Made by a program: the position numbers and the translations under genes. Positions 53,601 to 63,668 of a stretch of 64,000 nt of DNA are shown here, piece by piece. Each line of letters begins with the position of its first letter. Within the stretch, counting starts at the first letter, position 1. Source of the DNA: Eledone cirrhosa (Eukaryota); assembly GCA_964016885.1 (NCBI GenBank), contig OZ024742.1, positions 378,076,001 through 378,140,000 of the forward strand, given 5' to 3'. Below the pieces are notes generated by a model that was given only the letters and a program-made list of their open reading frames with translations, had not been told where the DNA came from and searched no databases.

Positions 53601-56600
53601 ATATGTTCTAGTCTTCTGTAGAGATAGTTTAACATGTGACAGAAGTAGAAATATGTTCTTGTCTTCTGTAGAGGTAGTTTAACGAGTGACAGAAGTAGAA
53701 ATATATTCTAGTCTTCTGTAGAGATAGTTTAACACGTGACAGGAGTAGAAATATGTTCTAGTCTTCTGTAGAGATAGTTTAACAAGTGACAGAAGTAGAA
53801 ATATGTTCTAGTCTTCTGTAGAGATAGTTTAACAAGTGACAGATGTAGAAAGATGTTCTAGTCTTCTGTAGAGATAGTTTAACAAGTAACAGAAGTAGAA
53901 ATATGTTCTAGTCTTCTGTAGAGATAGTTTAACAAGTGACAGTAGTAGAAATATGTTCTAGTCTACTGTAGAGATAGTTTAACAAGGGACAGAAGTAGAA
54001 ATATGTTCTAGTCTTCTCTAGAGATTGTTTAACAAGTGACAGATGTAGAAATATGTTCTAGTCTTCTGTAGAGATAGTTTAACAAGTGACAGAAGTAGAA
54101 ATATGTTCTAGTCTTCTGTAGAGATAGTTTAACAAGTAACAGATGTAGAAATATGTTCTAGTCTTCTGTAGAGATAGTTTAACAAGTGACAGAAGTAGAA
54201 ATATGTTCTAGTCTTCTGTAGAGATAGTTTAACAAGTGACAGAAGTAGAAATATGTTCTAGTCTTCTGTAGAGATAGTGTAACATGTGACAGGAGTAGAA
54301 ATATGTTCTAGTCTTCTGTAGAGATAGTTTAACAAGTGACAGAAGTAGAAATATGTCCTAGTCTTCTGTGGAGATAGTTTAACAAGTGACAGAAGTAGAA
54401 ATATGTTCTTGTCTTCTGTAGAGGTAGTTTAACGAGTGACAGAAGTAGAAATATGTTCTAGTCTTCAGTAGAGATAGTTTAACAAGCGACAGAAGTAGAA
54501 ATATGTTCTAGTCTTCTGTAGACATAGTTTAACAAGTTACAGAATTAGAAATATGTTCTAGTCTTTTGTAGAGATAGTTTAAAAAGGGACAGAAGTAGAA
54601 ATATGTTCTAGTCATCTGTAGAGATAGTTTAACAAGTGACAGAAGTATAAATATGTTCTAGTCTTCTGTAGAGATAGTTTAACAAGCGACAGAAGTAGAA
54701 ATATGTTCTATGTTCTAGTCTTTTGTAGAGATAGTTTAACAAGTGACAGAAGTAGAAATATGTTCTAGTCTTCTCTAGAGATAGTTTAACAAGTGACAGA
54801 AGTAGAAATATGTTCTAGTCTTCTGTAGAGATAGTTTAACATGTGACAGAAGTAGAAATATGTTCTTGTCTTCTGTAGAGGTAGTTTAATGAGTGACAGA
54901 AGTAGAAATATATTCTAGTCTTCTGTAGAGATAGTTTAACACGTGACAGGAGTAGAAATATGTTCTAGTCGTCTTTAGAGATAGTTTAACAAGTGACAGA
55001 AGTAGAAATATGTCCTAGTCTTCTGTGGAGATAGTTTAACAAGTGACAGAAGTAGAAATATGTTCTTGTCTTCTGTAGAGGTAGTTTAACGAGTGACAGA
55101 AGTAGAAATATGTTATAGTCTTCAGTAGAGATAGTTTAACAAGCGACAGAAGTAGAAATATGTTCTAGTCTTCTGTAGAGATAGTTTAACAAGTGACAGA
55201 ATTAGAAATATGTTCTAGTCTTTTGTAGAGATAGTTTAAAAAGGGACAGAAGTAGAAATATGTTCTAGTCATCTGTAGAGATAGTTTAACAAGTGACAGA
55301 AGTAGAAATATGTTCTAGTCTTCTGTAGAGATAGTTTAACAAGCGACAGAAGTAGAAATATGTTCTATGTTCTAGTCTTTTGTAGAGATAGTTTAACAAG
55401 TGACAGAAGTAGAAATATGTTCTAGTCTTCTGTAGAGATAGTTTAACAAGGGACAGAAGTAGAAATATGTTCTAGTCTTCTGTAGAGATAGTTTAACAAG
55501 TGACAGAAGTAGAAATATTTTCTAGTCTTCTGTAGAGGTAGTTTAACAAGTGACAGAAGTAGAAATATGTCCTAGTCTTCTGTGGAGATAGTTTAACAAG
55601 TGACAGAAGTAGAAATATGTTCTTGTCTTCTGTAGAGGTAGTTTAACGAGTGACAGAAGTAGAAATATGTTCTAGTCTTCAGTAGAGATAGTTTAACAAG
55701 CGACAGAAGTAGAAATATGTTCTAGTCTTCTGTAGAGATAGTTTAACAATTGACAGAATTAGAAATATGTTCTAGTCTTTTGTAGAGATAGTTTAAAAAG
55801 GGACAGAAGTAGAAATATGTTCTAGTCATCTGTAGAGATAGTTTAACAAGTGACAGAAGTAGAAATATGTTCTAGTCTTCTGTAGAGATAGTTTAACAAG
55901 CGACAGAAGTAGAAATATGTTCTATGTTCTAGTCTTTTGTAGAGATAGTTTAACAAGTGACAGAAGTAGAAATATGTTCTAGTCTTCTGTAGAGATAGTT
56001 TAACAAGGGACAGAAGTAGAAATATGTTCTAGTCTTCTGTAGAGATAGTTTAACAAGTGACAGAAGTAGAAATATTTTCTAGTCTTCTGTAGAGGTAGTT
56101 TAACAAGTGACAGAAGTAGAAATATGTTCTAGTCTTCTGTAGTGATAGTTTAACAAGTAACAGAAGTAGAAATATGTTCTAGTCTTCTGTAGAGGTAGTT
56201 TAACAAGTGACAGAAGTAGAAATATGTTCTAGTCTTCTGTAGATATAGTTTAACAAGTGACAGAAGTAGAAATATGTTCTAGTCTTCTGTAGAGATAGTT
56301 TAACAAGTGACAGAAGTAGAAATATGTTCTAGTCTTCTGTAGAGATAGTTTAACAAGTGACAATAGTAGAAATATGTTCTAGTCTTCTGTAGAGATAGTT
56401 TAACAAGGGACAGAAGTAGAAATATGTTCTAGTCTTCTGTAGAGATTGTTTAACAAGTGACAGATGTAGAAATATGTTCTAGTCTTCTGTAGAGATAGTT
56501 TAACAAGTGACAGAAGTAGTAATATGTTCTAGTCTTCTGTAGAGATAGTTTAACAAGTGACAGAAGTAAAAATATGTTCTAGTCTTCTGTAGAGGTAGTT

Positions 56601-57046
56601 TAACATGTGACAGAAGTAGAAATATGTTCTAGTCTTCTGTAGAGATAGTTTAACAAGTGACAGAAGTAGAAATATGTTCTAGTCTTCTGTAGAGATAGTT
56701 TAACAAGTGACAGAAGTAGAAATATGTTGTAGTCTTCTGTAGAGATAGTTTAACAAGTGACAGAAGTAGAAATATGTTCTAGTCTTCTGTAGAGATAGTT
56801 TAACAAGTAACAGATGTAGAAATATGTTCTAGTCTTCTGTAGAGATAGTTTAACAAGTGACAGAAGTAGAAATATGTTCTAGTCTTCTGTAGAGATAGTT
56901 TAACAAGTGACAGAAGGAGAAATATGTTCTAGTCTTCTGTAGAGATAGTTTAACAAGGGACAGAAGTAGAAATATGTTCTAGTCTTCGGTAGAGATAGTT
57001 TAACACGTAACAGAAGTAGAAATATGTTCTTGTCTTCTGTAGAGGT

Positions 57047-57160
57047 AGACTAGAACATATTTCTACTTCTGTCCCTTGTTAACCTATCTCTACAGAAGAC
57101 TAGAACATATTTCTACTCCAGTCACTCGTTAAACTACATCTACAGAAGACTAGAACATAT
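57047..57160 (-). repeat. Inverted fragment (about 2.3 monomers) of the 50-bp satellite capping the array
   Basis: AGACTAGAACATATTTCTACTTCTGTCCCTTGTTAACCTATCTCTACAGAAGACTAGAACATAT... is the reverse complement of the monomer. Confidence 0.97.
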
Positions 57161-60100
57161 CTCTCCCCTCTCCCCACCCCCTATCTACCTGTATCTCTCC
57201 CTCTCCCCACCACCTATCTACCTGTATCTCTCCCCTCTCAGCCCCTCCACCTAACTACCATATCTCTCCCTCTCACCACGACCTATCTACCTGTATCTCT
57301 CCCCTCTCCCCACCTTCTATCTACCTGTATTTCTCCTCTCTCCCCTCTCACCACTACCTATCTACCTGTATCTCTCCCTCTCCACACCACCTATCTACCT
57401 GTATCCTTCCTCTCTCCCCACCATCTATCTACCTGTATCACTCCACTCACCCCACCATCTATCTACCTGTAAACCTCCCCTCTCCCCACCACCTATCTAC
57501 ATGTATCTCTCCCCTCACCCCACCATCTATCTACCTGTAAACCTCCCCTCTCCCCACCACCTATCTACATGTATCTCTCCCCTCTCACCAATACATATCT
57601 ACCTGTATCTCTCCCTCTCACCACTACCTATCTACCTGTATCTCTCCCTCTCCCCACCACCTAGCTACCTGTATCTCTCCCTCTCCCCACCATCTATCTA
57701 CCTGTAAACCTCCCCTCTCCCCAACACCTATCTACATGTATCTCTCCCTCTCACCACTACCTATCTACCTGTATCTCTCCCTCTCCCCACCTCCTATCTA
57801 CCTGTATTCTCCCCGCTCCCCACATCCTATCTACCTGTATCTCTCCCTCTCCCCACCATCTATCTACCTGTAAACCTTCCCTCTCCCCACCACCTATCTA
57901 CATGTATCTCTCCCTCTTACCACTACCTATCTACCTGTATCTCTCCCTCTCCCCACCTCCTATCTACCTGTATTCTTCCCGCTCCCCACCTCCTATCTAC
58001 CTGTATCTCTCCCTCTCCCCACCACCTATCTACCTGTATCTCTCCCCTCTTCCCACCACCTATCTACCTGTATCTCTCCCCTCTCCCCACCCGCTATCTA
58101 CCTGTATATCTCTACTCTCCCCACCATCTATCTACCTGTATCACTCCCCTCTCCCCACCACCTATCTACCTGTATTCTCCCCTCTGCCCACCACCTATCT
58201 ACCTGAATCTCTCCCTCTCCCCACCATCTATCTACCTGTATCTCTCCCCTCTCCCCACCATCTATCTACCTGTATCACTCCACTCACCCCACCATCTATC
58301 TACCTGTAAACCTCCCCTCTCCCCACCACCTATCTACCTGTATCACTCCCCTCTCCCCACCATCTATCTACCTGTATTCTCCCCTCTGCCCACCACATAT
58401 CTACCTGAATCTCTCCCTCTCCCCACCACCAATCTACCTGAATCTCTCCCTCTCCCCACCATTTATCTACCTGTATCTCTCCCCTCTCCCCACCACCTAT
58501 CTACCTGTATCTCTCCCCTCTCCCCACCATCTATCTACCTCTATCTCTCCCCTCTCCCCACCACCTATCTACCTGTATCTCTCCCCTCTCCCCACCACCT
58601 ATCTACCTGTATCTCTCCCCTCTCCCCACCACCTATCTACCTGTATCTCTCCCCTCTCCCCACCACCTATCTACCTGTATCTCTCCCCTCTCCCCACCTC
58701 CTATCTACCTGTATCTCTCCCGTCTCCCCACCTCCTATCTACCTGTATCTCTCCCCTCTCCCCACCTCCTATCTACCTGTATCTCTCCCCTCTCCCCAGC
58801 ACCTATCTACCTGTATCTCTCCCTCTCCCCACCACCTATCTACCTGTATCTCTCCCCTCACCACACCATCTATCTACCTGTATCTCTCCCCTCTCCCCAC
58901 CATCTATCTACCTGTATTTCTCCCTCTCCCCACCACCTATCTACCTGTATCTCTCCCCTCTCCCCAGCACCTATCTACCTGTATCTACCCACTCCCCACC
59001 ACCTATTACCTGTATATCTCCCTTCTCCCCACCACCTATCTACCTGTATCTCTTCCATCTCCCCACCACCTATCTACCTGTATCTCTCCCCTCTCGCCCC
59101 CACCTATCTACCTGTATCTCTCCCCTCTCCCACACCTATCTACCTGTATCTCTCCCCTCTCCCCAGCACCTATCTACCTGTATCTCTCCCCTCTTCCCAC
59201 CACCTATCTACGTCTATCTCTCCCTCTCCCCACCACGTATAAACCTTTATCTCTCACCTCCCCTCCCTCCCTATCTACTCGTATCTCTCCCTCTCCCCAC
59301 CACCTATCTATCTGTATCTCTCTCCTCTCCCCACCCGCTATCTACCTGTATCTCTCCCCTCTCCCCACCATCTATCTACCTGTATCTCTCGCCTCTCCCC
59401 ACCATCTATCTACCTGTATCTCTCCCCTCACCCTACCACATATCTACCTGTATCTCTCCCCTCTCCCCACCATCTATCTACCTGTATCTCTCCCCTTTCC
59501 CCACCATATATCTACCTGTATTTCTCCTCTCTCCCCTCTCACCACTACCTATCTACCTGTATCACTCCCCTCTCCCCACCACCTATCTACCTGTATCTCT
59601 CCCCTCTCCCCACCCGCTATCTACCTGTATATCTCTACTCTCCCCACCATCTATCTACCTGTATCACTCCCCTCTCCCCACCACCTATCTACCTGTATCA
59701 CTCCCCTCTCCCCACCATCTATCTACATGTATCACTCCCCTCTCCCCACCACCTATCTACCTGTATCACTCCCCTCTCCCCACCATCTATCTACCTGTAT
59801 TTTCCCCTCTGCCCACCACCTATCTACCTGAATCTCTCCCTCTCCCCACCATCTATCTACCTGTATCTCTCCCCTCTCCCCACCATCTATCTACCTGTAT
59901 CACTCCCCTCTCCCCACCATCTATCTACCTGTATTCTCCCCTCTGCCCACCACCTATCTACCTGAATCTCTCCCTCTCCCCACCATCTATCTACCTGTAT
60001 CTCTCCCCTCTCCCCACCATCTATCTACCTGTATTCTCCCCTCTGCCCACCACCTATCTACCTGAATCTCTCCCTCTCCCCACCTCCTATATACCTGTAT

Positions 60101-62203
60101 CTCGCCCCTCTCCCCACCTCCTATCTACCTGTATATCTCCCCTCTCCCCACCTCCTATCTACCTGTATCTCTCCCCTCTCCCCACCTCCTATCTACCTGT
60201 ATGACTCCCCTCTCCCCACCATCTATCTACCTGTATCACTCCCCTCTCCCCACCACCTATCTACCTGTATCTCTCCCCTCTCCCCACCATCTATCTACCT
60301 GTATCTCTCCCCTCTCCCCACCATCTATCTCTCCCCTCTCCCCACCATCTATCTACCTCTATCTCTCCCCTCTCCCCACCACCTATCTACGTGTATCTCT
60401 CCCCTCTCCCCACCACCAATCTACCTGCATCTCTCCCCTCACCCACCACCTATCTACCTGTATCTCTCCCCTCACCCCACCACCTATCTACGTGTATCTC
60501 TCCCCTCTCCCACACCTATCTACCTGTATCTCTCCCCTCTCCCCAGCACCTATCTACCTGTATCTCTCCCCTCTTCCCACCACCTATCTACGTCTATCTC
60601 TCCCTCTCCCCACCACGTATAAACCTTTATCTCTCACCTCCCCTCCCTCCCTATCTACTCGTATCTCTCCCTCTCCCCACCACCTATCTATCTGTATCTC
60701 TCTCCTCTCCCCACCCGCTATCTACCTGTATCTCTCCCCTCTCCCCACCATCTATCTACCTGTATCTCTCGCCTCTCCCCACCATCTATCTACCTGTATC
60801 TCTCCCCTCACCCTACCACATATCTACCTGTATCTCTCCCCTCTCCCCACCATCTATCTACCTGTATCTCTCCCCTTTCCCCACCATATATCTACCTGTA
60901 TTTCTCCTCTCTCCCCTCTCACCACTACCTATCTACCTGTATCACTCCCCTCTCCCCACCACCTATCTACCTGTATCTCTCCCCTCTCCCCACCCGCTAT
61001 CTACCTGTATATCTCTACTCTCCCCACCATCTATCTACCTGTATCACTCCCCTCTCCCCACCACCTATCTACCTGTATCACTCCCCTCTCCCCACCATCT
61101 ATCTACATGTATCACTCCCCTCTCCCCACCACCTATCTACCTGTATCACTCCCCTCTCCCCACCATCTATCTACCTGTATTTTCCCCTCTGCCCACCACC
61201 TATCTACCTGAATCTCTCCCTCTCCCCACCATCTATCTACCTGTATCTCTCCCCTCTCCCCACCATCTATCTACCTGTATCACTCCCCTCTCCCCACCAT
61301 CTATCTACCTGTATTCTCCCCTCTGCCCACCACCTATCTACCTGAATCTCTCCCTCTCCCCACCATCTATCTACCTGTATCTCTCCCCTCTCCCCACCAT
61401 CTATCTACCTGTATTCTCCCCTCTGCCCACCACCTATCTACCTGAATCTCTCCCTCTCCCCACCTCCTATATACCTGTATCTCGCCCCTCTCCCCACCTC
61501 CTATCTACCTGTATATCTCCCCTCTCCCCACCTCCTATCTACCTGTATCTCTCCCCTCTCCCCACCTCCTATCTACCTGTATGACTCCCCTCTCCCCACC
61601 ATCTATCTACCTGTATCACTCCCCTCTCCCCACCACCTATCTACCTGTATCTCTCCCCTCTCCCCACCATCTATCTACCTGTATCTCTCCCCTCTCCCCA
61701 CCATCTATCTCTCCCCTCTCCCCACCATCTATCTACCTCTATCTCTCCCCTCTCCCCACCACCTATCTACGTGTATCTCTCCCCTCTCCCCACCACCAAT
61801 CTACCTGCATCTCTCCCCTCACCCACCACCTATCTACCTGTATCTCTCCCCTCACCCCACCACCTATCTACGTGTATCTCTCCCCTCTCCCCACCACCAA
61901 TCTACCTGTATCTCTCCCCTCTCCCACCACCTATCTACCTGTATCTCTCCCCTCTCCCCACCACCTATCTACCTGTATCTCTCCCCTCTCCCACCACCTA
62001 TCTACCTGTATCTCTCCCCTCTCCCCACCACCTATCTACGTGTATCTCTCCCCTCACCCCACCATCTATCTACCTGTTTCTCTCCCTCTCCCTACCATCT
62101 ATCTACCTGTATCTCTCCCCTTTCCCCACTACCTATCTACCTGTATGTCTCCCCAGTCTCTTCTCCTCCCTCACCTCTACCTATCTACCTGTATTTACCT
62201 GTA
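57158..62203 (+). repeat. C/T-rich minisatellite, 34-bp unit CTATCTACCTGTATCTCTCCCCTCTCCCCACCAC (33-bp variants common), roughly 150 copies
   Basis: The tandem repetition is directly visible. It is most homogeneous around 58480-58800 and degenerate at both ends. The + strand has about one G per unit. Confidence 0.98.
59113..61891 (+). repeat. 1380-bp tandem duplication within the C-rich minisatellite
   Basis: Lines starting at 59161 and 60541, 59221 and 60601, and 60421 and 61801 are identical, including rare variants such as CACGTATAAACCTTTAT. The ORF track also shows identical N-termini at 60201/61581 and 60391/61771. Confidence 0.96.
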
Positions 62204-62535
62204 ATTTCCTACTTTAATATCTTAGCAAGTAGCCAATTATTTTCCACTTTTCTTCCCATTTGTGTTGGACTTTTCTTATCCCTTGTTATCTCTATATATT
62301 TATTGTTCTCTTCGTCAGTCCTTTCTCTATTTCTATATTTCTGTCAATTTCCAAGCGAACATAATGACAAGTAGTTAGTTAATAGACCAGTATATTTCTA
62401 ATAAATTATTAGTCGCTGGAAGTCGAAGTTAATTATTTTCTGTAGCCTGCATTTCAAATTATATTATTCTATTGACAAAATATTACAGACATCAAATTAT
62501 AATGTAGTCACTAGTTACAATAGAAATGCTAATAA
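62204..62535. other. AT-rich non-repetitive spacer, no recognisable feature
   Basis: No periodicity, no listed ORF and no motif I recognise. Confidence 0.5.
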
Positions 62536-63003
62536 TCTCTATATATAAAACTGAGGTTGTCTGTCTGACTGTCTGTCTGCCTACTAAAACCGTCGGCACA
62601 CATCTCCTCCTAAAACCGTACGTTCAAATTTCAGTGAAATTGCTACACTTATAGATCAAGGTCCGGCGAAGACATCGGTCAAAACATTTTTCAAATCGGC
62701 CCTCACCAAGTGCAAACATCGAATTTGTAATGTATTGATTTTTCAGTTCAAATGTATAAATAGAGATGAGAGAGGAGTTATTTCCCTTTTATGGCGTCAT
62801 TTGCTTATCTATTTATGTTACGTATAAACGACGCGATGGACCGAGAAGAACAATTTCATGCAAAGACAAGGCCAAGTTTATGGTGTAAATGGAGTCGTTA
62901 GCCTAATATTCTATTTAAAATAACCGAATGATTTCCAGCCCCGGAGTTTAAGAATGATGTAAATAAAATTGTAAACGAAAATGACAGGTTATTAAAATAG
63001 TTG

Positions 63004-63110
63004 TTTCTACTTTTGGCACAAGGCCAGCAATTAATCAGTACATTACTGGTACTTTATTTTATCGACCCCGTAAGGATGAAAGGCAAAGTTAACCTCGACG
63101 GGATTTTAAA
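63004..63110 (-). mobile_element. Truncated, internally deleted tRNA-derived SINE fragment nested in the Helitron-like element
   Basis: The minus strand reads ...AAATCCCGTCGAGGTTAACTTTGCCTTTCATCCTTACGGGGTCGATAAAATAAAGTACCAGT...TTGCTGGCCTTGTGCCAAAAGTAGAAA. From memory this matches the conserved central domain and 3' part of an abundant octopus SINE. Only a degraded B-box remnant is visible. Not verified by search. Confidence 0.65.
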
Positions 63111-63155
63111 TTTGCCTTAACATAGTAAAAGTAAATAGTGAAGATTTAGACCAGT

Positions 63156-63242
63156 ACATACGTATGCTCCAATGAACATACACATACATATACATACCCA
63201 GACACAAATCCATACACACACGCGTGCGCGCGTGTGTGTGTA
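63156..63242. repeat. Degenerate (CATA)n/(CA)n-(CG)n-(TG)n microsatellite
   Basis: ACATACACATACATATACATAC...CATACACACACGCGTGCGCGCGTGTGTGTGTA. Confidence 0.85.
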
Positions 63243-63668
63243 AACCTTATTCATTTCTACAGTATTTTCACCAAACTTAAGACATAGGTTCTTTATGTAC
63301 TCCGGATGGTCATGGGCACTTTCATTTTTCCAGATATTGATTATAGGGCCTCCCGGCAGATAACCCCCTTCAACCGCTTCCTTGGAGTCGACTGAAGCAC
63401 TGCAGTGCAATTCAACAAAACGTCATAACTTCTGGGGTTTGCAACCGATGTTCACAAAACTTGACACATGGGCTTCGTTTGTTCTACAGATGAATGTGAA
63501 CTCTCAGAATTGGCACATATTGGGTAGGGAACCCCTGGGGGCAGGAACCCCCTTTTGGAAAAAGCCGATGTAAAGTATAGTTTTCCAAGCAGCACTGAAG
63601 TATTGACATAAAAGGTATACATAACTGGTATTTAATACCCGAACAACGCCGGGTACCTCTGCTAGTAA

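Larger units (their letters stand above)
1..57048 (+). repeat. Large tandem satellite array, 50-bp AT-rich monomer (about 1,100 copies), continuing beyond the left window edge
   Basis: The consensus GTTTAACAAGTGACAGAAGTAGAAATATGTTCTAGTCTTCTGTAGAGATA repeats head-to-tail (clean copy at 158-207) with typically 0-3 substitutions per copy. The only recurrent length variant I saw is a 57-bp form with a 7-bp TATGTTC duplication. The forward orientation ends at ...GTAGAGGTAG (57048). Confidence 0.99.
62536..63665 (+). mobile_element. Non-autonomous Helitron-like element, apparently complete (1130 bp)
   Basis: The 5' end is A|TCTCTATATATAAAA followed by a (CTGT)n tract. The 3' end has a hairpin TACCCG-aacaacgc-CGGGTA (63636-63655) followed 6 nt later by CTAG|T (63662-63666). 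It sits between A and T with no target duplication, matching canonical Helitron termini. No Rep/helicase ORF is present. Confidence 0.8.

Noticed and set aside
1-57048. CRISPR-like array (palindromic repeat at regular spacing)
   Set aside because: There are no unique spacers, the whole 50 bp is repeated with point variants, no cas genes are present and the context is eukaryotic.
57081-57230. Common origin of the two satellites (shared CTATCT, TATCTCT and CTACCT words between the inverted 50-mer and the 34-mer)
   Set aside because: The matches are only 6-7 nt of low-complexity sequence and not collinear. They suffice for junction microhomology but are not evidence of homology.
37160-61891. 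Near-equal duplication lengths in the two satellites (1378 vs 1380 bp)
   Set aside because: Many different periods occur in the window, so one near match is expected by chance.
57158-62203. Telomeric repeat
   Set aside because: There is no TTAGGG/TTAGG-type short unit, and the array is internal, flanked by other sequence on both sides.
57501-62217. Six Pro/Ser/Leu/Tyr-rich ORFs resembling extensins or mucins
   Set aside because: They are translations of a G-poor 33/34-bp repeat that rarely yields stops. They overlap in different frames and the same peptide motifs cycle across frames because the 34-bp unit is not a multiple of 3.
63636-63655. Rho-independent terminator-like hairpin
   Set aside because: There is no U-tract and no upstream gene. 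It is better explained as the Helitron 3' hairpin preceding CTAG.
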